From: Owenia fusiformis
Lineage: Eukaryota
Direction: 5' to 3'
DNA length: 64,000 nt
Assembly (NCBI GenBank): GCA_903813345.2
Contig: CAIIXF020000001.1
Span: 41,168,001-41,232,000 of the forward strand
The translations under genes were made by a program, and so were the position numbers. A model generated the notes under the pieces. That model saw only the letters and a program-made list of their open reading frames with translations, ran no database searches and was not told the DNA's origin. Positions 1 through 13,861 of this stretch are shown piece after piece (positions within the stretch are counted from its first letter, which is position 1; each line of letters starts with the position of its first letter).

Positions 1-8
1 AAAATAAG

Positions 9-320
9 CAGATCTAGATTTTCATACTAAGAATCATCCCTGAAAATTTGAAATTGATCTACCAAACAGTTCACCTGTAAATGCGTAGACAAGACTTTAC
101 AGGCAAGATTTTAAGACGGAAAATCCAAAATGGCTCCCTTGACATTTACCCTGAACGCCAAAAAACTAATCAGATCTAGATTTTATTACTAAGAATCATC
201 CCTGAAAATTTGAAATTGATCTACCAAACGGTTCACCTGGAAATGCGTAGACAAGACTAAATACAAACAAGATTTTTAAGACGGAAAATCCAAAATGGTT
301 GCCTTGACATTTACCCAGAA
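9..320. repeat. Tandem repeat, ~162-bp unit, two copies visible (array probably continues left of the window)
   Basis: CAGATCTAGATTTT..TACTAAGAATCATCCCTGAAAATTTGAAATTGATCTACCAAAC starts at 9 and again at 171; both copies continue to GACGGAAAATCCAAAATGG. Confidence 0.85.
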
Positions 321-699
321 TTTCAAACCATGAAACCAAGAATGTTTGATATTTCTACTAGAATAGTTCGAAGTTTTCACATTCAATCACTTGTCGAACT
401 TAAAACGGTATGCTGCAGTTCGATGATGTTCAACTGAAATAATCAGTTTACTTTGTTCATTTGCTCGTGATAATATCCTGCTTATTAGGTCAATTAATAC
501 ATTATGCACATGCATAATGCTGATTAATTAATGTTATTAATGAGTGGCACAAGAGCAAGTAATAATGTACTATGGATCAACTGGAAATGAAGACATGATG
601 TCTTCGTTTCAGCATGGCCGACTTCCGGGAGAAGAATTTGGTAAGATTTTTCGTTTTCTTGATTTTACCATTTTTATCATATACATCTAACTAAATCCT

Positions 700-1690
700 T
701 AGTAAAGTCCTTAATTTTTGGACATGGCCTTGTAAATGATAGTTTGTCTTTGTACTTCTCTCCAGTGGCTGCCATTGGAGCTTCTGATATAAGTTGGTAC
801 GACGCCAAGCTCCATTCTGTAGCCAGCATGGCACAAAAACCAAGCAGCTTGTCTACGAACCATTTTTAACTTTCTGATGTACTTGTTCATACGTGGGTCC
901 CATACTGAAGATACATATTCCAGATAGGGACTGACACTCTCTTTATTTCATAAAGTTTTTATTCTACTTTTATAAAGGTTTCAGTCTTCATGCAGTTCCA
1001 CTCCAAGGTAGGTGTATTGTTCAACTCAAACTAACTCTTGGTTATTGGTGGTATAGTAGTGCATTATTGGGCTTCCTTTGCTCAAGATGTAGTACTTCTT
1101 GGCATTGAATAGCATTTGCCACGTGTCATACCATTTGTCAAGGCTGTCTAAGGTTGTCAGGTGTCAGACCATTTGTCAAGGCTTTGTAGGTCATTCTGAA
1201 GCTCAAGCAAAGTCATCGGTGTTAGATGACGTGTCATTGCCGATGTCGTTGATATACAGGAGAGCAGATCTAAATTGTTAGTAAGATCCTTTATTTTTGG
1301 ACATGGCCTTGTACATGATAGTGAGTCTCTGCACTTCTCTCTGGTGGCAAAGCGGCTGCCATTGGAGCTTCTGGTGCAAGCTGGTTACGACCCCAAGCTC
1401 CATTCTGTAGCCATGGCACAAAAACCCCGCGGCTTGTCTCCGTACCATTCTCAACTTTGTGATGTAGGCCTACTTGTCCATATATGGGTCCTATACTGAA
1501 GATGCATATTTCAGATGGGGCCTGACAAGAGTGGTGTATGCCTGTTCCTTGACCTTGTGGACATCTTGCGTGTTATCTGCGGATAAAACCTAGAGGACTC
1601 AAGTTGCTTTACCAATCACACTGTTTATATGAAGGTTCCATTTCATGTCTTCTTGCAGTTCAACTCTAAGGTAGGGGTATTGGTAAGGAT
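700..1690 (-). pseudogene. Two decayed non-LTR retrotransposon (CR1/L2-like) reverse-transcriptase fragments
   Basis: Minus-strand translations give LLYINDIG, W.DTWQMLFNAKK, PYLRVELQEDMKWNLHINSVIGKA, GFIRR and KVKEQAYTTLVRPHLKYASSV*DPY, typical of the RT C-terminal region, with stops and frameshifts. The segment ~716-930 is duplicated at ~1295-1525. Confidence 0.8.
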
Positions 1691-2690
1691 GGACTGTTCC
1701 ATGTATTTGAAGTTTGGATTAAGCGTCATAGGAAATGTGTAACTCACAAAGGAAATTACTTTGAATGTGTAGAATTGATTGAGGAGTAATGTGAACATAA
1801 AATAGTGTTAAAGAAAGTGTTTGTCATCATGTAGACTTGACTGAATGAATAGAGATTGTCGACAATATTTTGAAAAAACACAAGAAAACAATCACCGGAT
1901 GGTATGACTCCCCCATTGTTTTGTCGTTTACTACTTGCCACAATCCAAACGAGATTGTCAACTTTTGTTTGTTAAAAGGATGCATTGTTAGGTGAGTTGT
2001 CTTGTTTTAAAACACCCAGTCCAAGTTGAACTGTGTGATCACCCTTCGAAATTGCACCATTCTTTCGTTAAAGTTAAGAAATGCACAGCATACAACTTTA
2101 CAATCTGTTTAAGAGTAGCTTAATTCATTGATATTGGCAGAAATTCGATCGTAAATTGAAATATGTTTGGAACATTTTGCAAATAAATCTCTGATAGAAT
2201 CACAAAACTGATATCTTTAGATATAAATAGAAAAAAACACGCAAAACTACCGTGCTGTCACCTTTACATCACTGCCATCTAAATGACCGAAATAATCTAC
2301 TAATACTCGGTGTAATAGCAATCCCACTATGATAAATTGTAGGTTTTGAGCCAATATAAAGATGGCTTTAGCAGAATCATAGGTTCTGGGCCGATATAAA
2401 GATGGCAGCACCAACAGAATCCAGTATTATCTTTTTCTCTCAAGAGAAACATAGATAGAGAGAGATCGATTACCATGCCATCTTTATTTCAAAATGATTT
2501 CTGTCGCCCTTAGCCAATGAGCAGAATATCCTATTAAATATTTTCTCTAAATATTTCCATTGCCCTTCAGAGTCGGTATGCAGATATGATTTGGGGCAAA
2601 CCCAATACAAAAAAAGAAATTTGCATTTGCCCCCTCTCCTAAACTGCTACCCCCTCTATCATGTGCGTGTAGGCATATAGCTTATATATT

Positions 2691-3258
2691 CACTTGCTGG
2701 AATTACACCAGAAAAAAAACGCAAAAAGCGCTTTTATTTTGGAATTACACCTGTCATTTCTAAAACGCATTTCGTGCACTTTTAACGATATAGATATGGA
2801 CACGCGTGATGGAGAATATCGGCAGATGTGTACATCTGGAATAAATGTATTATTTTAGCATTTAAGAGAAAACGTAACCGAGACTTTGCCAGTGATGTGA
2901 ACTTACTTTCAATATTTGGGATATAATTTGATGACCTATTGCATTTTATGGGTCCAATCCATCATTTCCTGTATTTTTGCGGTGGCCCAAATAACTACAG
3001 CATTCGAAATACGTCTTATTTCGTTTTGGGGCAAATGGTAAAAACCCGGGTAAGACGTTTTACAAAAGCCGATCGGTATAATACTACTTGACTACACTCC
3101 TAAAGCACCCAACGATTTAAGGCGTTTTTTAGTGACTAGGGTCATAGGAGTTTTGGAAAAGCGCTTTCGCAAAACCGCAATCGTGATTACACCTATATTT
3201 CAAAATGGGTTAAAACCCTTGGCGCCTTCTAAAACGCATGGTGTAATTCAAGCAACTG
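2691..3258. mobile_element. MITE (non-autonomous DNA transposon)
   Basis: 20-bp TIRs CACTTGCTGGAATTACACCA / TGGTGTAATTCAAGCAACTG; internal repeats of AATTACACC; no clear TSD. Confidence 0.65.
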
Positions 3259-3671
3259 TCATATTTTGACCGTTAATCCATAAAATTGGTATGATTATTT
3301 CAATTTTGCCAATTCTCTTTTGTGGTCAAACCTGGCCTATAAGAGCATACAAGAGCACAGACTTTAGGGTGACAACTCCAAAATACCTATGTCAGATAAA
3401 GGGAATCCGACATGAAGTAGTGTATTTAAAAATGTTGTAGCAAAGAGACAAAAAATGCAATCTGTCTCAAACAAAGCATGAATAAAATCATTGAATTTTT
3501 AATATTACATCTCAAAAATTTCTATGACACTGACAACGTACAGTGACGTTGACAACGTACAGTTCCTGATCTTTTAAGATTATATCCAATACATGAATAT
3601 TTATTAAATTTCCACCCGTCCTGAATTATGTAGTTTAGAGAAACATATTTCATAAAACAACCTACATATTA

Positions 3672-6025
3672 TGTATAGTCTGTCACGTGACTTTATGGAT
3701 GATGGATGGGCGTCGGCGAACGGTTCGCGAGTCTTTCCACTTCAGGTTTATAATGATACTTTTAACATAGTTTTAGACTTTGTATCTCTGTGAAACGTTT
3801 TCCGTAACATCAATATCAAAAGACGATTTAATTCTCCAAATATCTGATTCATGCGATTCCCGTTAAAGAGAAATTCGTACTTGTGTGTCTCGGAAAATGA
3901 TGTGTGGGCGAATGAATCGAATTTCACCAAGGATGTGTGGGCGATTCTTACAATATTTTTACTTTGAGACAATTCTGCAAGCTAAGTATTGTATTGTATT
4001 TCATTCCATGATCGTGAAATTCCCTGCAATCTGATTGGTCAACGGGACTTAGAATATATTTTGTATTTATTAGCGTAGGATACAGAATGATAATGACGCC
4101 AGCGTTGGGATACGGTCCAGTGTCTGTATTTCACTCTGCTAGCGTATCGTGAAATACAGACCTTTTTGGGCAGAATTTTGTCTGTATTTCACTCGAATCA
4201 TTGAATAGCTTCTAGTATCTTGGTTACCACCATATTTGGCGAGTAATACCTCATTGGTATATTCCGTATTTTACGTATTTTACACTCGAAGACAGAGGCA
4301 GAAACTCCTCTTGGAAGAGCCCTTTATTACTTTGTACCGGTACACAGAGATGCAATTACACACCACAGCTTTTTATAGAGTCTTGAACCGCTCAGTCAAA
4401 ACACCCAGAACACACACCGTTCATTGGACAACGCCATGTACATGTACACCCTATGCAGACAGAGCCTGTGGGAAATATTGGGTGCGGAGCAAATGAGCGG
4501 AGGGTGCGGAGCTAACAGTCATTTTTGAATTTAAATTTGGGATATTTCTGAAACTAAGCCGTTTTGGGACTTCAAATATACCAAGATATGTGTATTTGAC
4601 ACCGAATATCAATACAATTGTGAAAATAGCTGCGCAATTCATTCTATAGCGACGCAGTGTGCCTTAAACCTTTCCCAGACCTATATATTTTGAAATTATC
4701 CTTTTAATACTGAGTCCCCAGCATTCATAAAAAATGGTGTTCAAGGTACACTATCTATACAAATTATTTTTGCATCTTGGAAGCCAGGCAGTATCTGTGT
4801 GATTTTATAAAAATTCGGAAATGTTCTTCAGATATGAGCCCCCTCTAAATATTGGGTGCGGAGGAGCTCCATAAACGTACCTCCGCACCTAATATTTAGA
4901 AGGGGCTCATATCTGAAGAACATTTCCGAATTTTTATAAAATCACACAGATACTGCCTGGCTTCGAAGATGCAAAAATAATTTGCATGGGTAGTGTATCT
5001 TGAACACCATTTTTTATGAATGCTGGGGACGCAGTATTAAAAGGATAGTCTCAAAATATATAGGTCTGGGAAATGTTTAAGGCATACTGCGTCGCGATTA
5101 AATGAATTGCACTACTATTTTCACAATTTTATTGATATTTGGTGTCAAATACACATATCTTGGTATATTTGAAGTCCCAAAACGGCTTAGTTTCAGAAAT
5201 ATCACAATTTTAAATTCAAAAATGACCGTTAGCTCCGCACCCTCCGCTCATTTGCGCCGCACCCAATATTTCCCACAGGCTCTGTCTGCATAGGGTGATG
5301 TATAAGATCTAGAAAAGGAGTTGTCGTAAGTTTGACCTTTAACATTGCTAGTCAATAACTCTACTCAATAACTAAATGAAGATAAATTATGAATACTCGT
5401 AAGATGAACAAGTTCCTTATTGAACACATTTTGTTATACATCAGTACATCGTCCGTCGGTAGCATATGCTGGGACTTTACATACAGAATTTGCACGGCAG
5501 AACAAAATTATTAGATGAATTTTGGAAATTTCAATATTTTTATGAGAAGTTTACCAATAAATAAATATTGGGACATAGACACGAATGCCCATGAAGAAAA
5601 AATTGGATAAAATATTAAGATTTCTGCTTTAAAGAGTTGAACAGAATCTCAGTTCAAATTCACTCACCTTCGGTTCGTGCTTTATGCGACATTCTGTTCA
5701 ACTCGTTCTGAATTTCACCATATTAAATGGCCTATCATTATTTATTCCTTAAATCGCCCACACATCCTTCGTGAAATTCGATTCATGCGCCCACACATCA
5801 TTTTCCGAGACACAAAAGTGCAAAATTCTCTCTAACCGGTAATCGCATGAATGAGATATTTGGAGAATGAAATCGTCTTTAGACATTGATGGCACGGGAC
5901 ACGTTTCACAAAGATCCAAAGTCTAAAACTATGTTAAAAGTATCAATATAAACCTGAAGTGTAAAGACTCGCGAACCGTTCGCCCACCCCATCATCCATA
6001 AAGCCGTCACATGACAGACTATACA
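3672..6025. mobile_element. Old long-TIR element (arms 3672-3946 and 5752-6025) enclosing younger insertions
   Basis: ~275-bp diverged inverted repeat, TGTATAGTCTGTCA...GGATGTGTGGGCGATT versus AATCGCCCACACATCC...TGACAGACTATACA. Confidence 0.8.
4447..5297. mobile_element. Palindromic (foldback) MITE, CAC...GTG termini, 5-bp TSD; copy 1
   Basis: 851 bp, two ~418-bp inverted arms around a 15-nt spacer (4865-4879); termini CACCCTATGCAGAC / GTCTGCATAGGGTG; ATGTA on both flanks (4442-4446, 5298-5302). Confidence 0.93.
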
Positions 6026-6159
6026 AAGAGTGTAAAAAAATCGACACTCCTCAGAAGGCGTAAAAAATGATCGAAAAAACAACAATTTCCAACCGATCAT
6101 TTATGCGGGTAGATTTACCCAGAAAATATCGAGTACTGCTCGGGAATCTGAACGTAATT

Positions 6160-6913
6160 CACCCTATGCAGACAGAGCCTGTGGGAAATATTGGGTGCGG
6201 AGCATATGAGCGGAGGGTGCGGAGCTAACGGTCATTTTTGAATTTAAATTTGGGATATTTCTGAAACTAAGCCGTTTTGGGACTTCAAATATACCAAGAT
6301 ATGTGTATTTGACACCAAATATCAATACAATTGTGAAAATAGTAGCGCAATTCATTCTATAGCGACGCAGTGTGCCTTAAACCTTTCCCAGACCTATATA
6401 TTTTGAAATTATCCTTTTAATACTGAGTCCCCAGCATTCATAAAAAATGGTGTTCAAGATACACTACCCATGCAAATTATTTTTGCATCTTGGAAGCCAG
6501 GCAGTATCTGTGTGATTTTATAAAAATTCGGAAATGTTTTTCAGATATGAGCCCCCTCTAAATATTGGGTGCGGAGGAGCTCCATAAACGTACCTCCGCA
6601 CCCAATATTTAGAGGGGGCTCATATCTGAAGAACATTTCCGAATTTTTATAAAATCACACAGATACTGCCTGGCTTCCAAGAAGGGAAATGTTTAAGGCA
6701 TACTGCGTCGCTATAAAATGAATTGCACTACTATTTTCACAATTTTATTGATATTTGGTGTCAAATACACATATCTTGGTATATTTGAAGTCCCAAAACG
6801 GCTTAGTTTCAGAAATATCCCAATTTTAAATTCAAAAATGACCGTTAGCTCCGCACCCTCCGCTCATTTGCGCCGCACCAAATATTTCCCACAGGCTCTG
6901 TCTGCATAGGGTG
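6160..6913. mobile_element. Palindromic MITE, copy 2 (about 97-bp deletion in right arm)
   Basis: Near-identical to 4447-5297; flanks TAATT / TGATT; deletion junction near 6683. Confidence 0.93.
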
Positions 6914-9473
6914 TGATTAGGAAGTTAAAATTCTTCCCATGAGAATGTACGGAGTGAAATTAAAGATGAAATCCTATGTTTAAGTATTCCTCAGATTGCT
7001 AATAATCTTTTAAAACCTACATCATATTTTTGCTTTAAATAAGATAATATTGACAACGTACATCTAAATTGTACAGCGGCATCTTTGTCACTGTATGTTG
7101 AAAATAACTTGTGTTGCAGCAGAATGCTTTTAATCAACATAATTAGGGTAATAATGTACGCCCACTGATGACAAGTGAATTCTAATTATGTTGTTGCATA
7201 TTGAAAATGAATAACAAAACATTGCAAAACAATTTTATAAAATGTTCGTAAACATTTAACGGAAGTACCATTATTCATACCAAAGAAACTATTCGTATTT
7301 GAAAACGTAAACAGGCGATCACTCACTGAAACCAAGATTAGAAAAATGAATAGAGATTACAATCCAACGAGAGGTATCGGGTCGCCATAACATATCTACT
7401 ACGCACGATAATACTCCCATATATTTTACATCCTAATCTTCGATGGTTTTTAATCTTATGCCTCAAATCAGATATATTTGCTCGACAAAATTGCAAGTAA
7501 CATTTCCCATGATTCCTTGATTGAGTAAGATGGCGAATTGCAACAACAGTAACCCTTTTTATGATTATCTAGTATCAAGTTTTTTGAACCAGCCCCTTGT
7601 TATATACTCTAGGTGTAGGGAGGGTGGTCAAAAGACCTTGACGAAGGACTACTATATAATTGAGATATAAATAGCAGAAATGTATTCTCAGTGCTACTGA
7701 ATCATGAGAATATGGCTCACCATCGGATAACAAGTAGGTCAAATAATAAATGTGGATATCCCGTTTCATTTATGAGGAAAAACGTTCGCAGTACCATGAA
7801 TTTTTGAATTTTTTGAAAACGATATTTGACAAAGTATGATGTCATCCAAAAGTCAGGACAAAAATGTACTGATAATAAGCACAATTTTTTAAAACGTTGT
7901 ATTCCATTTCTGGTTCACTTTTAATATGGCATAGTTCCAAAGCACTTGATACCCAGAAAAAGGTTCAATGCATATATTAATCTAGTGATACTGTAATAGG
8001 CAATTTCTATCATTGAAGAACACGGTGACATATGCGTATATCTAGGAAAAGTAAAAATACTTCGAAGAGTACATACGATGCATCAGATTCGGGATAATCA
8101 TTATACTACTCTATCATTTTCATATTCACCGCATATCTTCAAATGGATTATTTCATTCCAAACCTGGACGTTTTTATGTAAAAATATGTTTTCGTTTCCG
8201 CACTCAGTCAAATACACACTCATTGAGTATCATTATCGTCATTTTCCCATACCTCTGATGAGTGGAGTTTTGTCGAAGCAACCCCCCCCCCCCCCCCCCC
8301 CATGAATACTGAATTGCTTTTATATATCTATTGGATCCCCCTAAGTTCTGTTCACCTTAGTATAGTCTTGTAACAAGCCCCTGTACTCCCACACTATCCC
8401 AGTGTGAGGAAATAAGCTTGATACAAGGCAAGGCTAAAACATGGTCATTCTTGACTAAATCGATATGCCTTACCTTTTGTAATTCCAAGCCATACATTCA
8501 CAGTAATGAACTGAAATAAGAAGTAATAATCCTTGTGAATGTTCATCTTTTTTCATTCCGTCATGCGAATTAATTACACCTGTTCTATTACAGTAAACAA
8601 GCTCTGGCGCAGCTTCAATTAGGCATTCTGCTACCAGTTGCATCCGTACTGATACGACCAAAATAAACCGGCGATGATCTGCCGGAATTCGAAGCCAGTC
8701 AGTTGATCTATGAGTCGGATGATAGTGTACAGACCTCCATCTTCTTCGCATCTGTTCAATGAGATTTGTACATAATCGAGAATGCTTCAGATTGCCATGG
8801 AAGAGTCGATATCCACTTCATATATTGTGCAGTTCTTCCTTTCGCTATTCATTTACACTGTAATTGCAGCTCTTACTCATAATTCAAACTTGATGCTACA
8901 AAATCGATAGGCAATAAATGTTTTAGTCTCTGCAGACAGTCGAGGGAATTTTTTGTCAGCTGCAGTGTAATTTTTATCGATCATGAAAATCATAATTCCG
9001 CACATCATAAGAATAATATCCACTGGTGATCCATTCGATTACGCTGGTTACCGAAACGGTTCGTTTTGGTAACAAAATGTCGGAACATCGAAGGTACGAT
9101 AGATTTTTCTTTTTTCCTTATTTCACACGTTGTAGGCAGAATTCCCACGACATTATTAACACAAACGTGTATCAGTATAATATGTTTAAGAAAATGTACA
9201 TATTTGCGAACAAATAGTTCAAAAGACAACAGAATCGTCGATTTAATTCCTCACTTAAGTTACATAACCGGTCTTTCGAAAAACAGTTAAGATCTGCACT
9301 TTTAACCCAAATCGTTTATGTAACTTAAGTGAGGAATTAAATCGACGATTCTGTTGTCTTCTGAGCTATTTTTTCGCAAACATGTACATTCTAAAACATA
9401 TGATGCTGATACACGTTTGTGAGAAAAAACGTCGTTGGGATTCTGCCTACAACGCGTGAAATAAGGAAAAGTA

Positions 9474-12247
9474 TGGTTTGCCAACCTACCCTATTCACGT
9501 GTTGTTTACGGGTGTGTAGGCGTTAATTACGCCCGTGTAGACGTGAAATTACGCCCATGCAGACGTAATTTACGCCCGTGTAGGCGTTAATTACGCTCGT
9601 CAAGGCGTTAATTACGCCCGTTAAGAAGTGAATTCTATACGCGTTAAAACAAATACAGGCGTAAACTAACGGCGTTAAAATGTTCAATAGCGGGCGTCAA
9701 GACATTATCTAACACCCGTTCAAAAACATCTTTACGCCCGTCGAGTTCATTTTAGCGCCGTGAATTATGAACCAATCAGCATCTTGCTTACATGATGATA
9801 CAATTCATTCTAGCTAAAAGTGCAACTCCAAGATCCTTGTGCAAGTTAATAACATACTCATGATTGTGCATGGAACAACTGTTGCAATTGAAGGCATATT
9901 AAATATTATTTCTTTTCTGGGTATCTTGGTGCACTATTTGTGCAAATGTGAAAGATGCACATCATATATTAAATGAGTTACGTATTCTTAGAAATAAAAT
10001 ACACATCTCCCTAACACCAAATTTGAACATATGTTGGCTAGGTATATTACATGTAGGTAGGTATAGGCTCATCTGTACATTTTCAAAAAAATGCCAAATC
10101 TGCAGGATATAGCTTTAGTCTAGAGTCAATTTGCAGTTGATTAGACACTATAATTCTAGTAGCTGAACACATCCTTTAGAGGGATACATTAGCGATCTGA
10201 CTAGTACTGTATAGTGAGACTGTAAGCTGCAATGCGTGCGAGCTTAATACGTCCCTACCTCTGAAGCCGACGCCTAGTTTGGAGAATTATCCAAAAAATC
10301 ATCGTACTTAGAAACCAAACATGTATACCTTCTCAAAGTATACAGCAATTTTGTCGTTTCTACAATGGGTGTTGATACCTACCAACACAGTACATGTCTC
10401 TTCAATTTGCCTTTTAATTTGCTCTAAAAATACTAAAAATAAGAATACTTCTTTGGTTAAATCTAACAATCTTAAAGGGTGACGATTAGCATCCCGTATA
10501 AAAACAATATGGCGGCTCCAGGCGAATCAACTGGATCAGTCCATTTTGAAGAAATAAGGGGAGATCTGTAAAATCAAGTTTATTGAAATTGTCTTTGAGA
10601 TAAAGTAATCCGTTTATAATGATTTTGAAAACGTTATTCAAAGAGTGATTGCGTTCAAAGAATACATGTACAACAGCCAATATAAATTCTTGTATTGGAA
10701 ACCGGTTGGTGTTGCTTTGTTTCATTTGTAGGATATTTCATATGCCAAGCTGTGTGCTATTACGTTATGGGGAAATTTAGATGCCAATTTTTCCTTATTA
10801 TACACAAATAGAAGATCCTGAAACTTCACCCATAAATGTGGAATTGATTTGTCAAAATAAAAATCACCCTTTTATAAATGTGTGACGATCTATAATATAC
10901 TTATGCTATATAACAGTTAGAGGTGTTGACACAACGACCTCGAACCTGTGAACCCTTGAGTATTATTCCGGGATCGGGCCTTTTATACTAAACGGTGAGC
11001 AACACCAGAAACGAGCGTTCGATTTGCTAAACGATATGCGTCACCCTTTAAAAGAGTATTTAACACGACGGCAGATTTCGCAGCCCCAGCTGGCCATTTC
11101 AATTTATGCTTTTGACGCACGGAGTAATTGATAGATAGCGCTGTTTTTATAAAATCGATAATCACGTGATAATAAACTGTACCAATTCGAGGAAAACTAC
11201 GTCACAAATACGTAGGCGAAATGTACATGCAAATCTTTAAATCTGTACTGTCACAGCCGAAAATACATTTTAATCCAGTCCAGCTGTTTGTTAGAGCATG
11301 AACTAGGCCTATACTGCAGTACTGTAAGTGTTAATTAATTTGTACTGATGAGGAAATCAAACTGGGCCATACGGGACAAAATCCCGGGATTAAATAATAA
11401 GTACGCCATCTTGTTTTTTAGCCCTCGCGTGATAGGGATATTTAGACTCTTGATCTCCCATAAAATTGTTAAGTGAGATAAATTAACAAAGTTGATTTTT
11501 TGATGAATCAAAGATCAAAAACAATTTCTGTGATTTTAATTTTTTAAATAAAACCATAAATTTCTCAAAAGAACATCATAAAAGCGACGTAATACCCGCG
11601 TAATTCTACCTTATCTTTCACAGAATGTAACTTGAGAACGAAATGACGCCCGGAAAAACGGTAAAAAGCACAACAAACCTTGAAAAAAGTTGAATTCTGT
11701 ACAGAAATCTTGCAAACGGAAGTCATTCTATGACAGCGTAATCACCGTTCCTACGGGGGCTAAATACTTGAAAATATGTTACAGCGACATCTATCAAATA
11801 GTATGAAAACCTTTTCATGTGGCCAGATCAGAGCACCAAATCGGACATCGTGTAAGGACCTCAGTGCAACACACTAAAAATGTAAGCAGGCTTCTGATTG
11901 TTATTTACTTGCGCAAGGATCTTGGAGTTGCTCTTTTAGCAAGGATGCATTAAATCATTATGTAAGTAAGGTTCTGATTGGTTCATAATTTACGGCGCTA
12001 GAAATAAACTCGACGGGCGTGAAGATGTTTCTCAGCGCGTGTAAAATAACCGTCTTAACGCCCGTAATTAATCATTTTAACGCCGTAAGTTCACGCCTGT
12101 AAATGTTATCTGAACACCCGTAGAATTTACTTCTTCACGGGCGTAATTTTTCGTCTGCACGGGCGTAATTTTACATCTACACGGGCGTAATTAACGCCTA
12201 CACACCCGTTAACTACACATGTATTCTTTGGGCGGGTAAGCCAACCA
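9474..12247. mobile_element. Long-TIR non-autonomous element, TA-flanked
   Basis: Arms ~9474-9845 and ~11908-12247 are inverted copies rich in TTACGCCCGT/ACGGGCGTAA subrepeats; TA|TGGTT...AACCA|TA. Confidence 0.8.
10476..11047. mobile_element. Kolobok-type MITE (TTAA target) nested in the previous element
   Basis: TTAA|AGGGTGACG...CGTCACCCT|TTAA. Confidence 0.7.
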
Positions 12248-12314
12248 TAGTAAAGAGAAAAATCGTACCTTCGACGTTCCGACATTTTGTTACCAAAACG
12301 AACCATTTCGGTAA

Positions 12315-13398
12315 ACCTACTATCACACCAAACTAGTTCTCACTACGTTCTCGAAAACGGGTTTCAACGTGTACGAACTGACTGGACGTACTTAGAACCG
12401 TTTGGGGTCTATTAACAAACTTCATCGAACGTACTTGAACGGGTAGGTCCTCTAGAACTTAGAACCTGCTCAAAATGCTCTCGTGGTCGTCACGTTCTAC
12501 AATTAGAACGAGTAACAACGTACTAACGACGAGCTGGACGTACTACGAACGGAACCGTCGTACTTCAATTCTTCTAGGGACGTTTTTACAACGAGTTGAA
12601 CTGTCTGAGGACGTATTGAGAACGAGGTAGAACTAATTGCAAACGGGTTTAAACTGATTAAGAACGTATTAAAGACTGCTTATGAACGTTTTAGCAAAAA
12701 TATAGCTATCACACCAAACAAGTTGCCACTGCGTTCTTCAAAACTGGTTTTAAACTGAGTGCGAACGGAATGAACGTAGCTGCAACTTTCTAAGGACTAT
12801 TTACGAACTTTATGAACATTCTCAGACGGGAAGGTGATTTTAGAATTTTGAAATGATTCAAAATTCGATGGCGACCATACCGTATTGAGAACGAGGTAGA
12901 ACTAATTGCAAACGGGTTTAAACTGATTAAGAACGTATTAAAGACTGCTTATGAACGAGTTAGCAAAAATATAGCTATCACACCAAACAAGTTGCCACTG
13001 CGTTCTTCAAAACTGGTTTTAAACTGAGTGCGAACGGAATGAACGTAGCTGCTACTTTCTAAGGACTATTTACGAACTTCATGAACGTTCTCAGACGGGA
13101 AGGTGATTTTAGAATTTTGAAATGATTCAAAATTCGATGGCGACCATACCGTTCTGTACTCAGGTCATGATGACCTTCTAGACTAAGGGACGCGTTATAC
13201 GACGTTGCACACCGACCTGGTGCGACCTGAACGAACTGCGAATGAGATGGACGTATTGAAGACTGTTTATGAACGAAGTAGCTAATTATTTTAGACATAT
13301 TTCCCGACCACAGCCAGATTGAGCCCGTTTTACGACGTTTTCCTAGGACTGGCAAGAACGGGTAAGAACTATTTTGGTGTGATAGGGGGGGGGGGGGG
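12315..13398 (+). mobile_element. PIF/Harbinger-type MITE with 269-bp internal tandem duplication
   Basis: TIR CTATCACACCAAA / TTTGGTGTGATAG; TAA TSD confirmed by the uninterrupted host arm at 9041-9060; duplicated segments start at 12612 and 12881. Confidence 0.9.
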
Positions 13399-13482
13399 TA
13401 ACAAGCGTAATCGAGCGGTGAATATCACCTTATCACTACGGGACAAATAATAATAAACCACCGTATAAAGTGGCTACATTAA

Positions 13483-13861
13483 AGGCAGAATCTGATCTAT
13501 AGGGGGTGACAAAATTACAAGCAACATGTATAATTGACCTACCAATCTATTCCTTACAATATCAAATATAATATTTCTCAAAAGATTCACAATATTTTAT
13601 AAATTGGTTAAGTCATTAATGATTCAAAGTGCAAAAATGAGTGAAAAATGTTTAAATTCTCCCAAATAATAAGAATGATAACCATTCTTAGAGAAAAATA
13701 ATACATTATTGTAAAAATCTTTAGTTTTCCTGGAATAAAGTGTGCACATTTGTGATTTTTAGAAAATAGACATGACAAGAAATGACATGAGCAAAAAATA
13801 TTCTAAAATTGAAACAATTTTTTGTTTAGCCTGCTCACTAGGCCTATATCTGATTCTCTCT
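13483..13861. mobile_element. Kolobok-type MITE (TTAA target)
   Basis: TTAA|AGGCAGAATCTGATCTATAGG...CCTATATCTGATTCTCTCT|TTAA. Confidence 0.65.

Larger units (their letters stand above)
9031..13418. mobile_element. Palindromic MITE split into pieces by later insertions
   Basis: Left arm ~9031-9270 is reverse-complemented by the concatenation 9313-9470 + 12251-12314 + 13399-13418. Confidence 0.85.

Noticed and set aside
4447..4480. RAG recombination signal sequence in the MITE terminus
   Set aside because: Only CAC matches; no CACAGTG heptamer or nonamer at 12/23 spacing.
4451..6909. Four near-identical 63-aa ORFs (MNC..IFTI.LIFGVKY...) resembling a small secreted-peptide family
   Set aside because: They are the mirrored arms of two palindromic MITEs; no independent coding evidence.
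8470..8870. Relatively GC-rich, coding-looking minus-strand stretch
   Set aside because: No frame gives a recognisable domain and the alternative frame I read has stops; may be a decayed transposon ORF but cannot be named.
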